A stretch of 64,000 nt of DNA from Acetatifactor sp. (GTDB lineage Bacteria > Bacillota > Clostridia > Lachnospirales > Lachnospiraceae). The stretch lies in contig JAZQGM010000155.1 of the NCBI GenBank assembly GCA_045540075.1, positions 4,862 to 68,861 of the forward strand, read 5' to 3'. Shown here in pieces: positions 61,234-64,000 of this stretch. How positions within the stretch are numbered: position 1 is the stretch's first letter; each line of letters opens with the position of its first letter. The position numbers and the translations under genes were made by a program. The notes beneath the pieces are model-generated. The model was not told the origin of the DNA. It saw nothing but the letters and a program-made list of their open reading frames with translations, and searched no databases.

Positions 61234-61719
61234 TTAAATAAACTCCATCCTTTCAAAATATTTCATCAATATATCGGCACAGTTCTCAATGCCCAGGGCA
61301 GTGGTGTCCAGGATCATGTTATAGTTGTTTACATCTCCCCAGACTTTACCGGTGTGTTCGTGATAATAGTCAGAACGATGCCTGTCATTTCTCTCAAGCA
61401 TTTCCTTTGCATCCTCGTAGGAAATTGATTCTTTCTCCATGATTCTATGAATCCGATCCTCCTTAGACGCGCTAATATATATATTAAATACATTGAACTG
61501 ACCTTTTAGGATCTCCGATGCACATCTACCCAGAATAATACAGGGCTGCTCAGCCAACTTTTTGATCACTTCTGCTTCTCCGGCAAAGTTGTGACCTTCC
61601 AGCTCATGTTCAATATAGGCCTTATCATAAACGGGGATGTTAAGCTTCTCCGATAGCTCCTTTGCAATCAGACTTGCCCCTGTACCATACCTTCTGCTCA
61701 TAGTAATAACCAATTTCAT
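61234..61719 (-). CDS. Cytidylate kinase-like family protein
   Basis: ITMSRRYGTG, ILGRCA and R..YY..HTG..WG. Confidence 0.8.
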   Translation of the reverse strand: MKLVITMSRRYGTGASLIAKELSEKLNIPVYDKAYIEHELEGHNFAGEAEVIKKLAEQPCIILGRCASEILKGQFNVFNIYISASKEDRIHRIMEKESISYEDAKEMLERNDRHRSDYYHEHTGKVWGDVNNYNMILDTTALGIENCADILMKYFERMEFI

Positions 61720-61803
61720 CTCAAAAACCTCCTTTGCAGTTAAGTTTTCGTTGTATGGTTATAGTATATACCACCGGAAGAAAATATGCAAGGCTCTATA
61801 TAC

Positions 61804-61902
61804 TTACATTTTTACCCATTTTTTTACGAGGTCCGTATTCATTCCTACTGCTTGAGCAATCTGGTCTATTGTCAGACCCATTTGGGCGAGATTTGGGGAC
61901 AT
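61804..61902 (-). pseudogene. C-terminal HTH-tail remnant resembling Rpn/PD-(D/E)xK transposase-like proteins
   Basis: NLAQMGLTIDQIAQAVGMNTDLVKKW; no RBS. Confidence 0.4.
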
Positions 61903-61922
61903 GAATATATTCTGCATATTAC

Positions 61923-64000
61923 TTAAAACGTCAATTCCCCAACCTTGCCAAAATAATCCCCTCGATCATACGCCACCACATTCTCAGAAGTGACAATATA
62001 GAAATATTGTCCTGCATACACGCCTCTGTAATACCCGGATTGTGCAACATCCTGTGTCAGCAGGTTGTTGAACTTTCCATCTTTCCACTCAAAAAGTAGG
62101 TAGGTGTTGCTCTGCTTCCTGCCATATTCTGTGACCACAAAACCGATAAGGTTGGCTTGGGGTTCTGCCAACACTGTCTTGTACTGGTCAAGTGCCGGGC
62201 TGTAGTCTGCATTGGCGATGCAGATGCAGTCTGCAGTCTGTAAGTCTGCAGGATTGGACACATCAAACATGGACAGCTTGATTCCCTCTCTCAGACCGGT
62301 GTCCGGATCTGTCTCATAACCGATACCGAACATGGTGCCAGGCTCCCACATGTGTAGGTACTCTGAGTAACCTGTGATTTTCAGTTCTCCTAATATTTCC
62401 GGCTTTGATGGATCGGATAGGTCCGCCGCAAACAGCGGATCAATGTTGCGATAGGTTACAAAGTAAGCCATATCGCCCAGATATCTGGCTGCGTAGATGG
62501 TCTCACCGGGGGCAATGCCTTCCAACTTGCCTATTAATTTCAGTTCTTCATCCAAAATGTATAGGTTGGTACCCTCATTGGAATTGTCGCTGGCAGTCAG
62601 AATCCGCAGCATGTTCTGATACTCATTGATGGCAAAAGTATCCCGCACCCTTCCTTTTACACTGGAAGCACTGTCCGCATTAATCTCACCGTCTGTCAGG
62701 CTGAATTTAGCTATTTCTGTGGCAACTTCCTGATTCCAGTTCACATGATACAGGTAAACTGCTTCCGTGCTCACATACACATTTGCATCATTATTGACGA
62801 TCATCACATTATCCATAATCTCCTGGGGCTGATCAGTGTCAATGGAGGAAATGATCAGGCTGTTGCCACCCTGCTGTGGAATGTAGATGCAATCGGATGC
62901 AATCATTTCTCCTCCTGCCAGCGGAATCCAATCATAGTTGCCACGGTCATAACCATAACAATCTTCAGCCAATAATTCCTTGGTAAACAAATATACTTTG
63001 TCTCCGACCTTGCGAGAGGTGTGATAGGTTCCATCCTGTCCTACTCGGCCCAAAAGTTCAGGCTTTGACGGATTTTCCAGGGAGTACGTATACATAGTCG
63101 TCATATTTTGAGTGACGGTATAATACTCTGAAGCTTCCGCCTTTCCCCTGCTTTTGGACTTCTCCAACGGAATCACCGCTCCGGTGGCGGCCTCCTGCTC
63201 TCCTGATTCTTTTTTGATTTCCCTAAGCTGGGTACTTTTTTCCCCGGCAATCACCAACAGCTTTCCATCATCCACATAAATTTCCCTGATGGAAAAAGAG
63301 GCTGTGTCCGACGGTATCTCCAAAACAGCGGCTTCCTTAGGTTTTCCTTTGCGGATATCCACGATATGCACCTGATTGTCCGTTACTACGTAGAGATATG
63401 CACCATCTGTCTTCACAATATCACTTTCATCCACCCCTTGGGTCTGCACATTGGTTCTGGAAAAACCTTCATCCATGTTCTCAGCAGACTCTTTTACGAT
63501 GTTGGCTGATTGACTGATATTTCCAATGCCTGCAATATCCGTAAGCTCAAAAGCTTCGCCATCGTCAGCCTCTACTTCTAACTGTTCCATGGGTCTACCA
63601 TCCATAGTGTAATCCACCATATAATTGTACTTCCAATAAAGAGAAGAATCTGCTACGATATCATACACTTCACCATAATTCTCTGCAACACGATAAAGAT
63701 CACCTGCATTTTCTTTTGGCTGCATAATCTTTTTTGCCTTTTCAGCAACTGATGCTCCTACTGAATTCCCGGTGTCAGTCAATCCTCCTGCTACAATGTT
63801 CCCTTCTATTGCTTCGTTGTCTTCATCTATCACAGAGGCTATTTTTTTGTTTCCTCCTTCTGAGGAAGCCTGCATCATATCTGCGCCCTTACTCTTCACA
63901 GAATCTACAGACTGTTCCCCATTCTTTTGCACAAATTTACCCCCAATGTCCATGGTGCCACCAAAAAGGGTTAGTCCACACACTGTCAAAATCACAGCTG
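61923..64000 (-). CDS. Beta-propeller domain protein (5' end outside the window)
   Basis: TNVQTQGVDESDIVKTDG, YFVTYRNIDPLF and LKITGYSEYLH; frame stays open to the window edge. Confidence 0.85.
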   Translation of the reverse strand, partial: AVILTVCGLTLFGGTMDIGGKFVQKNGEQSVDSVKSKGADMMQASSEGGNKKIASVIDEDNEAIEGNIVAGGLTDTGNSVGASVAEKAKKIMQPKENAGDLYRVAENYGEVYDIVADSSLYWKYNYMVDYTMDGRPMEQLEVEADDGEAFELTDIAGIGNISQSANIVKESAENMDEGFSRTNVQTQGVDESDIVKTDGAYLYVVTDNQVHIVDIRKGKPKEAAVLEIPSDTASFSIREIYVDDGKLLVIAGEKSTQLREIKKESGEQEAATGAVIPLEKSKSRGKAEASEYYTVTQNMTTMYTYSLENPSKPELLGRVGQDGTYHTSRKVGDKVYLFTKELLAEDCYGYDRGNYDWIPLAGGEMIASDCIYIPQQGGNSLIISSIDTDQPQEIMDNVMIVNNDANVYVSTEAVYLYHVNWNQEVATEIAKFSLTDGEINADSASSVKGRVRDTFAINEYQNMLRILTASDNSNEGTNLYILDEELKLIGKLEGIAPGETIYAARYLGDMAYFVTYRNIDPLFAADLSDPSKPEILGELKITGYSEYLHMWEPGTMFGIGYETDPDTGLREGIKLSMFDVSNPADLQTADCICIANADYSPALDQYKTVLAEPQANLIGFVVTEYGRKQSNTYLLFEWKDGKFNNLLTQDVAQSGYYRGVYAGQYFYIVTSENVVAYDRGDYFGKVGELTF

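Overview
64 kb of a spore-forming Firmicute chromosome, probably Lachnospiraceae (inferred from gene content). The right third is a conserved housekeeping and sporulation block: cca, cotS-like, hup, yabO/P/Q, divIC, spoIIE-like, tilS, hpt, ftsH, a GH13, tRNA-Tyr and tRNA-Leu. The left and middle parts are accessory and metabolic: nadABC-niaR, a Trp T-box with a stand-alone trpB, AraC-linked catabolic loci, yefM-yoeB, an ABC exporter and several gene remnants. The standout is 24.4-34.2 kb. A tyrosine recombinase gene is followed by a 306-bp segment bounded by a perfect 19-bp inverted repeat that contains a promoter, which currently points away from the downstream operon. That operon encodes an acyl-CoA synthetase, a ~1480-aa secreted double-SGNH/coiled-coil protein ending in a dockerin, a one-cohesin wall anchor with an IPKTG motif, and a class B sortase. 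Together this reads as a candidate phase-variable, cellulosome-style lipolytic surface complex. Also notable are a candidate pseudoknotted RNA in front of a broken PBECR4-like nuclease gene (type III toxin-antitoxin-like layout) and a four-copy structured intergenic repeat with compensatory base changes. All family calls come from motif recognition by eye, not from database searches.
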